A stretch of 63,947 bases of DNA, counting the filler, from Candidatus Hydrogenedentota bacterium (GTDB lineage Bacteria; JBFMHD01): NCBI GenBank assembly GCA_040752395.1. It is 14 parts of 14 records of this genome, joined end to end, with 100 filler letters (N's around TTAATTAATTAA, not from the genome) between each part and the next. Parts side by side here need not be neighbours in the genome. Positions count along the whole stretch, not along the records: positions 47,679 to 51,204 come from JBFMHD010000257.1; positions 51,305 to 54,788 come from JBFMHD010000258.1; positions 54,889 to 58,371 come from JBFMHD010000259.1; positions 58,472 to 61,914 come from JBFMHD010000260.1; 10 more parts are not named here. One strand, given 5' to 3'. Both the position numbers and the translations under genes were made by a program. The notes beneath the pieces were generated by a model. That model worked only from the letters and a program-made list of their open reading frames with translations. It was not told the origin of the DNA and did no database searches. Positions 50,905 to 60,177 of this stretch are shown here, in pieces (position 1 is the first letter of the stretch; each line of letters opens with the position of its first letter).

Positions 50905-51204
50905 AAAGAGGCACAAAGGCACAAAGGATGAAAAAGATAGGAGTTAGGAGTTCGTAATAATAGATACGAGCTCCGAGCTCCGAACTCCGAACTTTTTCGA
51001 AGGAGTCAACATGAGCGCGGGTTGCGCTCTACACTATTGTGTTATTGTGTTATTGGGTTATTGCGTTTTTGCGCTCTACACAAAGGATGAAAAACTAAAG
51101 ATGATATAAAAAGAGTCGTGAGTCGTGAGTCGCAAGTCGTGAGTCAAAACAGGACTCGAGACTCAAGACTCAAGACTTTTCAGCAGGCTCCGGGCTTCGG
51201 GCTC
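50905..51204. repeat. Modular repeat chain in reverse orientation with nested direct repeats
   Basis: CACAAAGGATGAAAAA at 50920 and 51079; TGCGCTCTACAC at 51023 and 51070. Runs to the contig end. Confidence 0.92.
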
Positions 51205-51304
51205 NNNNNNNNNNNNNNNNNNNNNNNNNNNNNNNNNNNNNNNNNNNNTTAATTAATTAANNNNNNNNNNNNNNNNNNNNNNNNNNNNNNNNNNNNNNNN
51301 NNNN

Positions 51305-51601
51305 AATAATTTTAACAGTATATGTTGGGTCACTTTTAATCTGAGCGGAATAAGCTATAATAGAGGCATTGTGCGTTTTTATATCAAGTTCTTCGATAAG
51401 TTCTCCCTTATTGAGTATCTCCTCGCTATCCGCGTTTAGAAGTATAACCTCGGTATTCTCTTCTTCAAACTTCTGGATACCCTCTTCAATATTAGCGCAC
51501 TCAATAGTTTTTTCAGCCTGTTCAACATTAAACATTATCTTTTTTAATTCAACTCTGTTTTCACTCGATGGGTCAATTATAAGTGCTTTAAATGTCTGCA
51601 T
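51305..51601 (-). CDS. Receiver-like domain protein (3' truncated, degenerate)
   Basis: ALIID..R..LK, VILLN (no phospho-Asp) and IIAYSA. Confidence 0.5.
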
Positions 51602-51670
51602 TTTGCCTTCTTCCTTACATTAATAAATTTTACTTCTTTTTTAAATATCGTCAAGTTTTAAAAATAAATT

Positions 51671-53518
51671 TTAATCTTTTTTAATATAAAATAATTCCTG
51701 ACCCTGAATCACAGGCTGCTCGTTTTCAACTAAAATCTTTACTACAACACCCGAACACTCTGCTTTTATCTCATTAAATAATTTCATAGCTTCAATGATA
51801 CACATCGATGTATCTGGGTTTACTCTTGAACCTTCTATTACAAATGGTTCAGCTCCTGGTGCTGGGGAACGATAAAAAACGCCGGCCATCGGAGATGTAA
51901 TGATGGTTGTTCCTGGTTCAACAACCTTTTCTTTTTCCTCTTTTGATACAGATTCAGCGGTTTTAACAAAAGTTTCTCCTAAATAAAAAGGATATTCTCT
52001 TGTTTCGCTTTTAGCAAGATAAATCCTATCATCTTCTCCCTCATCTAAACTTATCTCAACAACATTGTGTTCGGTCATCCATTCGCTCAGTTTTTTAAGC
52101 CTCAGGGCAGAGGCTGCAAGCGGGTCTATTGATTCATCGTGTTTTTGTTCAGCTGCTTTTATACTGCCCGGGTCTTCTCTATACTTAAAAAATCTCATGG
52201 CAAGCGCTGGAAATAAAGCATACGTTAAATAATCTTCGTCTTTCTCTATTAACTCTTTACTCAAACTATTTTTTATTTCTTGATATTTTGATTTTAATAA
52301 ATCCGCGGGCCTGACATTAATTGGATCATAATCTCTCTTATCCGGGAATACCTTATCTATAACATCTTTCGAAATTTCGGCCGATGGTCTGCCATACCAT
52401 CCCCTTAAATACCAGCTTATCTCTTTAGGCACTATTTTATATCTCTCACCCGTTAATACATTCGATACTGCCTGTAACCCAACAATGTGAGAAATCGGAG
52501 CAATCAATGGCGGGTATCCGAGTTCTTTTTCAATAATCCTTACCTCTCTTAATACCTCATCTGTTCTCTCAAGAAATCCCTGTTTATCAAGATGAGATAT
52601 AATGTTTGATAAAAGCCCTGTAGGAAGCCCATACATAATAGTATTGAAGTTCAATACTGTTCTTTCTCTTGTATCACCCATATGTTTAAAAGCAACCTTT
52701 GATGCTGCACGAGCAAGATTAAAGACCTTTGCTCGGGTTAATTCCGTAGTATATTTCATATTTTCTAAAATATCAATTATCGTTTCCAACGCAGGCTGAT
52801 TAGAATATATAGCTAACGGACTTATAGCACAATCAAGCGTATCTGCTCCTGCAATTACACCAAATACATAAGCAGAACTCGCTATGCCACCAGGTGAATT
52901 ACAATGTAATGATACAGGTATTCCAACCTCTTTTCGAATGTTATAAACTAAAGTATAAGCAAGTTTCGGGTCCAATGTTCCTGTTAAATCTTTAATGCAA
53001 ATTGAATCAGCTCCGAGCTCTTTTGCATATCTCGCTTTTTCTATAAATAAACCAGTATCATATAACGGATTTTTCCAGTAAATTAATGCGACCTCTGCTT
53101 CCATCCCGACTTCCTTAGCTGTTAAAACAGATTTCTCAACATTTCGTATGTCATTTAGAGGGTCATAGGTTCTTATAATATCAACTTTATAGTTTTTGAG
53201 TGTTTTAATAAACCTTTCGAGGATATCGTCAGGATAATGTTTATACCCAAAAATATTTTGTCCACGGAGTAATACACGTATCCGCGTATTTTTTAATATT
53301 TCCCTGAACCTCTTCAATCTCTCCCATGGATCTTCAAATAAATATCTGAGACACGCATCAAATGTATCTCCGCCCCAGACCTCTGCACCATCAACCCCTA
53401 TATCGGAAAGTTCATAAGCTATCGGTATAAGCTCTGATAAAGTAAGCTGCGTTCCTTTTATACATTGATACGCATCTCTTAAAGTAACATCAATTATGTT
53501 TATCTTTCGCTTCTTCAT
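51671..53518 (-). CDS. Pyruvate carboxylase B / oxaloacetate decarboxylase alpha-like carboxyltransferase fused to an AccB-type biotin carrier
   Basis: TLRD, EVWGG.TFD, EDPWERL, LRGQN and CIKD; C-terminal SPMAGVFYRSPAP and EAMKLFNEI. Confidence 0.85.
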   Translation of the reverse strand: MKKRKINIIDVTLRDAYQCIKGTQLTLSELIPIAYELSDIGVDGAEVWGGDTFDACLRYLFEDPWERLKRFREILKNTRIRVLLRGQNIFGYKHYPDDILERFIKTLKNYKVDIIRTYDPLNDIRNVEKSVLTAKEVGMEAEVALIYWKNPLYDTGLFIEKARYAKELGADSICIKDLTGTLDPKLAYTLVYNIRKEVGIPVSLHCNSPGGIASSAYVFGVIAGADTLDCAISPLAIYSNQPALETIIDILENMKYTTELTRAKVFNLARAASKVAFKHMGDTRERTVLNFNTIMYGLPTGLLSNIISHLDKQGFLERTDEVLREVRIIEKELGYPPLIAPISHIVGLQAVSNVLTGERYKIVPKEISWYLRGWYGRPSAEISKDVIDKVFPDKRDYDPINVRPADLLKSKYQEIKNSLSKELIEKDEDYLTYALFPALAMRFFKYREDPGSIKAAEQKHDESIDPLAASALRLKKLSEWMTEHNVVEISLDEGEDDRIYLAKSETREYPFYLGETFVKTAESVSKEEKEKVVEPGTTIITSPMAGVFYRSPAPGAEPFVIEGSRVNPDTSMCIIEAMKLFNEIKAECSGVVVKILVENEQPVIQGQELFYIKKD

Positions 53519-53524
53519 CAGTTA

Positions 53525-53755
53525 CTCCTCTGAAAAACGCTGTAACTCTAATAATTCGGGGTACAGGCTACGGGCTACGGACTACAGCCGGCTGGAGGCC
53601 GGAGCCTGCTGAAAAGTCTTGAGTCTCGAGTCTTGTTTTGACTCACGACTCTTTTCATATCATCTTTAGTTTTTCATCCTTTGTGCCTCTGTGCCTTTGA
53701 AAGTAAGAAGAGTATCAGAAAAATTTTTAATCTTTCAATCTTTGAATCTTTCAAC
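53525..53755. repeat. Modular repeat chain between hflX and the carboxyltransferase gene
   Basis: CTCCTCTGAAAAAC, CAGCCGGCTG, GTCTTGA/GACTC, TATCATCTTTAG, GTGCCTYT, GTATCAG and AATCTTT arrays. Confidence 0.92.
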
Positions 53756-54788
53756 TTATAATATACTTTTATCTATCCTGTAAATCAAATCTTTTATGCC
53801 AATTTTTTCTCTTGCACTTATAAATACTGAGCCATCTTCTTCGTTTTGTGGATGATTTTCTAATTTGTCAATTTTATTATATACTTCAAGAATAGTAGTA
53901 CCACAAATCCCAAGTTCTTTAAGAGTATCAATTACTATCTCTTTTTCATTAAAAGCAGCCGGATTCGATATATCAATTAAATGAATTATAAAGTCGGCGA
54001 AAACAACAACTTCGAGCGTTGATTTAAATGACTCTACCAGTTTATGCGGTAACCTTCTTATAAACCCAACGGTGTCCGAGATAACAACGAACTTACCTGA
54101 TGGTAATCTAATTCTTTTAGTTGTTGGATCAAGGGTTGTAAATAGCTTATCTTCAATTTTTGTAGATGATTTTGTTAAAAGATTAAATAAAGTGGATTTT
54201 CCTGCATTTGTATAGCCAACTATGGCTATCTTAAATATCTCTTCTCTTCTTTTTCTCTGGGTTATTCTTCTTCTTTCAATCCTGGATAGCCGTTCTTTAA
54301 GCTTTAATATTCTATTTTCAATACTACGTCGATCAAGCTCTATTTGTTTTTCGCCTGGTCCACCTCTTATCTGTGATTTTCCAAATTGTCTTTCAAGATG
54401 CTGCCATCTACCACGTAATCTTGGTAATAAATATTCAAGTCTTGCTAATTCTACCTGTACTTTTGCTTCATAGGTTTTTGCATGCAAGAAAAATAATTCT
54501 AATATTAACTCTGTCCTGTCTATTACCTCACATCCTATTGTTTCAGCGAGATTTCTTTGTTGGTTTGGTGCCAGTTCTCCATCAAAAATTATCCTGTCAA
54601 GATTGTTATCTATTTTTATCTCTCTTAACAACATAACTTTACCATAACCTATAAAGGTAGCAGGATTTATCTCTTTTAAATTAAATAACTTAGACCCCAC
54701 AACAATATTACCCACAGATTTAGCTAAACTTTCTAATTCTACTATTGAAATAGATAAATCATTTAGATTAGATTTTGGAAGTCTGCAC
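53756..54788 (-). CDS. hflX: GTPase HflX (5' truncated)
   Basis: GPGEKQIELDRR, GYTNAGKSTL, LFTTLDPT, DTVGFI and NKID. Confidence 0.95.
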
Positions 54789-54888
54789 NNNNNNNNNNNN
54801 NNNNNNNNNNNNNNNNNNNNNNNNNNNNNNNNTTAATTAATTAANNNNNNNNNNNNNNNNNNNNNNNNNNNNNNNNNNNNNNNNNNNN

Positions 54889-56185
54889 AGAAAAGATCAG
54901 GCTCTGCACCACTTAATAGATACCTGATGTGACCGATATAAGGCGACCAGGTTAATTCATAAATTGTACTATGTCTCTGTGACTGAGCCCATTCTATATA
55001 ATCCATAAAATTTACTAAAAAACCAGGTACCTGGATTAAAAATCCTGTTAGAAATATAACTAAAATAAAATTTATCAATAATTTATTCTCTCTCTTATTT
55101 AAAATAGAAGCTAACGCATTAATAGCAGGTAATAATAATAATGTAAGAATACCAATAAGTCTTCTCGGCCCCCACGACCAGCCCCCCATCCATGAATGCC
55201 ACTTCGAATGTAATATTAACACAGGTAAAATTATAAAAAATAAAATAATAAAAGATTCTATACCACGAGTTTTAATCCAATCCTTCAAACCCCAGATAGA
55301 TAAAATAATGACCGGTGCATAAAATATTATCCCCTTGCCCGGAGATAATAACATACCGCTCAACCCTACAAATAAAGGTGTTGAGAATTTATCACTCGGG
55401 TCCTGGTTATATATCCCGGTATCATAAAACCGTCCAAACCTTGTATGATTATATAACCCTAAAAAAAGAAAAATTACAACTACGGGAACAATATAAAAAA
55501 TAATTTTATAAAGACTTTTTTTGTTTGTCTTGAGAAGATTAAGGAAAAGCAAACTAATTCCAGGAATTATTATGGTGTATTCGAATCTCGTGGCAAACAT
55601 CAAACCAGAAAATATCCCCGAATAAAATAAATATCTTTCTCTAAGATTCTGGGTTTGAAGCGCAGCCTTAAATAAATAAAAAAAATAAATAGATAAAGTT
55701 AGATTCAAAAGACAGAACGGGTCATTAAAAAGAGTCCTGCCATAAGGCATCAAAAAAGTAGAAAACCCTAAAGTCAAAGATAAAATTATACTTATTTTTC
55801 TATTTTTTGATATATTCCAAACAAGTAAACAAAAAACAGCGACAATAAGCGATATTACAATGATATTGGCAAAAGATGATACAAAGTATAAAAGATTAGT
55901 CTGCTTTAATCCGAAAATAATACTTATGAATTTCCCGGTAATAATAAACGGAACAAGAAATAATGAGAACCCGATCCCGAATTTAGAATAATATTTGTTA
56001 TCAACGCCTTTCTTACAATAAAAATGATTCTTTTCTGTATGCTCGATATCAGTCGAGAAGTTTTCAACAATACTTCTTGCAGTCTGAAAAGTTACCTCTT
56101 CATCAAGACTATAAATATGACCTGAGATTATTAGTATCTGAAATGTTAATGTTAATAAAAATAAAAGAATAAAAATTTCTTTCAT
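54889..56185 (-). CDS. GT39/GT-C-like polytopic membrane protein (3' truncated)
   Basis: SLDE, YSKFGIG, YNHTRFG, SPGKG..YAP and WMGGWSWGPR. Confidence 0.7.
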
Positions 56186-57681
56186 AGTAATAATATCAAA
56201 ATTGAAAAAGCTAATATTATAAAATTAATATAATAAAAATATTTCAAATAAAATGAAGGCATAAAAATAATATTAGTTTCGAATCTTTTAATATCTCTTT
56301 TCATAATATTTAAAGTATCTACCTCGTTCTTCACATCGGGTCTATATAAACCTGTTATACCACTGTTGCCACACCTTATCCAGCTTATACCAAATTCAAT
56401 GCATCGTAATAATCCGGCTTTGAAATGTTGAAGATGCGAAGTTCTGCTTTTGGCCCAACCATCATTTGTAAGCGTTAATAACACCGGTAACTTATTCTCA
56501 TTATACAACTTATATACCCTATCTCTTATTAAATAGTCAAATGAAGACTCAAAGCATACAGTAGAAACTAAATATAAATTATTATACAGAAAATAATTTT
56601 CATTATTACCTCTATCAAATGGTGACCAGTCTTTATACCAGTCTAATTTTAATAAAAAATTGATATTAAACGGGATATATTCACCGAAAGGTACAAGATG
56701 AAATTTCGGGTAGGAATTCATAGCATCACCATTAAAATAAAAGATAGCATTATATGATTTATTATTTTCATCTAAAACGCATCCAAAAATTACTGCATTA
56801 TACCTCGAATTTAATTTTTTTATAAATTCTTTTATACCATCATTAAGAGAAGTCTGGAAAACAGTTTCTGGCAATACAATCAATCCTCCCTCTTCACTCT
56901 CACCTATAATTTTATTTAGTTCATTTAATCGTTGGTTAGTTTTAATATTCTCATCAAAATTGGGTTGAATTAAAGTAACAGCAAATGATTTATTGAGAGA
57001 AATTAAATTATTCTGATGTTTGAAAATGTATGGTATCAGTAACAAAATAATCAAAATAATGCAGTACCTTAAGCCATTCTGCAAAAGCAGATTGTTGATG
57101 CGAAAAGTATAAGCCGTGCCAAAAAATATTCTGAATAAACCTCTAAATAAGAAAAAGATGGTAAGATTTAAAAGATATATATATAAGTTTGTCCCGTAAG
57201 TACCGAGATTTTTTATCAACCCATAAAAATATGAGACCTCTAAAAAATTTTCAGCGGGTTGAAGAAAAGGTAGCCCGAAGCTACCAATCGCTCTTATAAT
57301 ATCAAGAATAACAAGAAGTACTATCAACTTTAATAATCTGTGATTTTCTCTCTTTATAACTAAAAAATGAATAAAAAGACTATAAAGAAAAGCATAACAT
57401 AAACCCAGAACCAATGGGGCTATGTTAGTAAAATAAGATAGCCAGTAAAAAGAAATAAGATAAAAAATAAAATAGTAAATAAATATCAACCGCGTTTTAT
57501 AAATACTATATTCAATAAGATAAAATAAAGGGATATATGCTATTATAATCAAATTATTAAAGACTAAAAATGTAAAAGAAAGTAATAAAGCTCCTAAAAG
57601 AGTTATAATAATATACTTCAAGCTATAACCAGAAATTCCATCTATCCTGTTTTTCAGCCATCCGCTTAAATCTTTGAGCAA
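56182..57681 (-). CDS. lnt: Apolipoprotein N-acyltransferase (start uncertain)
   Basis: IQPN, LPET, YNA, KFHLVPFGEY, VCFES, TNDGW and QH; the E-K-C triad is intact. Confidence 0.88.
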   Translation of the reverse strand: MLKDLSGWLKNRIDGISGYSLKYIIITLLGALLLSFTFLVFNNLIIIAYIPLFYLIEYSIYKTRLIFIYYFIFYLISFYWLSYFTNIAPLVLGLCYAFLYSLFIHFLVIKRENHRLLKLIVLLVILDIIRAIGSFGLPFLQPAENFLEVSYFYGLIKNLGTYGTNLYIYLLNLTIFFLFRGLFRIFFGTAYTFRINNLLLQNGLRYCIILIILLLIPYIFKHQNNLISLNKSFAVTLIQPNFDENIKTNQRLNELNKIIGESEEGGLIVLPETVFQTSLNDGIKEFIKKLNSRYNAVIFGCVLDENNKSYNAIFYFNGDAMNSYPKFHLVPFGEYIPFNINFLLKLDWYKDWSPFDRGNNENYFLYNNLYLVSTVCFESSFDYLIRDRVYKLYNENKLPVLLTLTNDGWAKSRTSHLQHFKAGLLRCIEFGISWIRCGNSGITGLYRPDVKNEVDTLNIMKRDIKRFETNIIFMPSFYLKYFYYINFIILAFSILILLL

Positions 57682-58081
57682 TGATTTTTAATGTTTTTTC
57701 ATAAATTTGTAGTGAGGCTTTAGGATTGCTTGTTTGTAATTTAGAAAACGCTGCTTCAGTTAATTCTAAGACTTTAATCTCCTTATCCTGTTCGGTTCTG
57801 CATTTTGCTGTTCGGATTTTATCTCCTACAAGAGCTATCTCACCTATGATATCACCGGGTTTTAAAACAGCTATCACATTATAATCGCCCTCTTTTCGTT
57901 TCTTTGTAAGAACCTCTACATTCCCTTCAATGATAATAAGCATAAAATCACCTTTATCACCTTCATTAAAAATTATTCCTTTTTTTGATACCTCATTAGT
58001 AGCATTAATTATAGCTTCCACTGTTTCAAGAGACATACCTTTAAAAAATTCTAAGTGTCTTAAAGTCTCAGGTGCCACCAT
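57623..58081 (-). CDS. Cyclic nucleotide-binding domain protein
   Basis: IFNEGDKGD, G.V.V and GDIIGEIAL..RTA. Confidence 0.88.
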   Translation of the reverse strand: MVAPETLRHLEFFKGMSLETVEAIINATNEVSKKGIIFNEGDKGDFMLIIIEGNVEVLTKKRKEGDYNVIAVLKPGDIIGEIALVGDKIRTAKCRTEQDKEIKVLELTEAAFSKLQTSNPKASLQIYEKTLKIIAQRFKRMAEKQDRWNFWL

Positions 58082-58095
58082 CTAACTAAACCTCC

Positions 58096-58371
58096 TTAGC
58101 CCCATATCCTTGGCTTAAAATTAGGGCTATTCAATATCTTCATATTCTCACCTTTTGGGGCTAATACATATAAACCCTGCTCCTCTGCATATCTCCCCGC
58201 ACCTTTCTCAAATCTTATCCCGCTCGCAACTCCTATCACCTTCCTACCCCTATATTCTGGAAAAAATTCTATGAATTGACTTAGTGCCTCCTCGATTTTA
58301 TTTACTTCCCTTATTGTTAAATTACTTTTTACCTCTATCACTAAAACTATATCTTCTCCATCCCTGTTTTT
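58096..58371 (-). CDS. DUF3782-like / PD-(D/E)XK-type protein C-terminus (5' truncated)
   Basis: VIEVKS, FFPEY, and YAEEQGLYVL..N..FKPRIW. Confidence 0.65.
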   Translation of the reverse strand, partial: KNRDGEDIVLVIEVKSNLTIREVNKIEEALSQFIEFFPEYRGRKVIGVASGIRFEKGAGRYAEEQGLYVLAPKGENMKILNSPNFKPRIWG

Positions 58372-58508
58372 NNNNNNNNNNNNNNNNNNNNNNNNNNNNN
58401 NNNNNNNNNNNNNNNTTAATTAATTAANNNNNNNNNNNNNNNNNNNNNNNNNNNNNNNNNNNNNNNNNNNNCTCCTTTGAAAGAGTTAATGAGTTCAGGA
58501 GTTAGAAG

Positions 58509-59996
58509 TCAGGCCAATCGGGCTGATACACTATCGATTACGGTTTTTAAAACCTTTAGTCGGGCATATAATTTGCAATTTGATTCTACGATTGTCCAGG
58601 GTGCATAAGTGGTGCTTGTTCTAAAGAGCATTTCATCAACAGCTTCTTTATATGCATCCCATTTTTCTCTGTTTCTCCAGTCTTCATCAGTTATCTTCCA
58701 CTGTTTATGTTTTATTTTCTGTCTTTGTTTAAATCTTCGCAGCTGTTCCTCTTTATCAATCTGTATCCAGAATTTAATTAAAACAGTTCCGAAATTTGTG
58801 AGTTGTTCTTCAAATTCATTGATCTCTTTATATGCCCTTTTCCAATCATCTTCAGTACAAAATCCTTCTATACGTTCAACAAGCACCCTGCCATACCATG
58901 TTCTATCAAATATTGCGATGTGTCCAGCTTTGGGTATAGCTCTCCAGAACCTCCAGAGATAATGATGGGCTTTTTCTTCATCATTCGGTGCAGCTATCGG
59001 TATAACCTCATAGCCTCGTGGGTCCATATTTTGAGTTAATCTTCGGATATTGCCTCCTTTACCCGCAGCATCCCAGCCCTCATAAGTTATAATAACTGGT
59101 ATCCTTTTAATGTAAATCTGATGTTCAATCTCTCTGATTCTCTGTTGATACTCATCTAACTTCTTTTTATACTCTTCTTTTTCAACCCTCTTAGATAAAT
59201 CAACCCTATCAAGCATTGAAGAATCAAGCGCTTTTAGTTTGGCTATAGAGACTCTATCTTTATTCTTTTTTATCTCTGTTTCTTTAATATCATTTACTTT
59301 ATCCTGTATAGCCTCAATTACCCTTGTAAATATTTTTACTGTTGCAAATCTTCTATCCTGAGATTCAACAATTGTCCAGGGTGCATATTCTGTATCAGTT
59401 TTTTCTATCATTTCTTCAATAGCTGTAGCATAGGTATCATATTGTTTATGATGTTTCCAGTCTTCTTTTTTTATTTTCCACGATGTAGTTTTATCTTTTT
59501 CCATTTTTTTAAATCTTTTTTTCTGTTCTTTTTTGCTTATATGAAGAAAAAATTTGATTATAACATTGCCTGCATCAGCAAGTTGACGTTCAAAAGATTT
59601 AATCTCATCATACGCTTTTTTCCATTCCGCCTCTTTTACAATCCCATCGATTCTTTCAACAAGAACGCGTCTGTACCAGCTTCTATCAAATATTGCGATT
59701 CTACCTTTAGCAGGCGTCTTTAACCAGAATCTCCAGAGAAAAGGCCTTAATCTTTCTTCGTCAGTTGGAGGTAGCGTTGGATAAACATTAAAGCCTCTTG
59801 GGTCAAGCGGTAGCATAAGTTGGTTAATTAATGTCCCTTTACCTGCTGCATCCCAACCTTCAAAAACAATGATAAGAGGTATTTTTAAATCTTTTGCCTC
59901 TCTCTGTAACTCGCCGAGTTGCAATTCAAGTTTAGACATTATCTTTTTGTATTCAGGCTTTTCTAATTTTTTTGATAAATCAACTTTTTCTAACAT
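58509..59996 (-). CDS. pap: Polyphosphate:AMP phosphotransferase (two-domain PPK2)
   Basis: Two copies each of EGWDAAGKG, DPRG, FDR(S/T)WY and APWTIV. Confidence 0.92.
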   Translation of the reverse strand: MLEKVDLSKKLEKPEYKKIMSKLELQLGELQREAKDLKIPLIIVFEGWDAAGKGTLINQLMLPLDPRGFNVYPTLPPTDEERLRPFLWRFWLKTPAKGRIAIFDRSWYRRVLVERIDGIVKEAEWKKAYDEIKSFERQLADAGNVIIKFFLHISKKEQKKRFKKMEKDKTTSWKIKKEDWKHHKQYDTYATAIEEMIEKTDTEYAPWTIVESQDRRFATVKIFTRVIEAIQDKVNDIKETEIKKNKDRVSIAKLKALDSSMLDRVDLSKRVEKEEYKKKLDEYQQRIREIEHQIYIKRIPVIITYEGWDAAGKGGNIRRLTQNMDPRGYEVIPIAAPNDEEKAHHYLWRFWRAIPKAGHIAIFDRTWYGRVLVERIEGFCTEDDWKRAYKEINEFEEQLTNFGTVLIKFWIQIDKEEQLRRFKQRQKIKHKQWKITDEDWRNREKWDAYKEAVDEMLFRTSTTYAPWTIVESNCKLYARLKVLKTVIDSVSARLA

Positions 59997-60018
59997 AAAA
60001 TCTCTCTCATAAACCTTT

Positions 60019-60177
60019 CTCCTCCTTTGATTAAGAAGCAAGAAGCAAGATAACAGAAGAAGTGAGAGGTATCAGGACGGGCTACAGGCTACAGGCTCCA
60101 GCCGGCCGTAGTCCGTAGCCCGTAGTCTGTAGCCTGCTGAAAAGTCTTGAGTCCTGTTTTGACTCAGAACTCACGAC
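60019..60177. repeat. Modular repeat chain between tilS and pap, with an internally inverted module
   Basis: AAGCAAG, GTATCAGGAC, inverted GCCGGC module and GTCTTGA/GACTCA. Overlaps the tilS stop. Confidence 0.9.
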
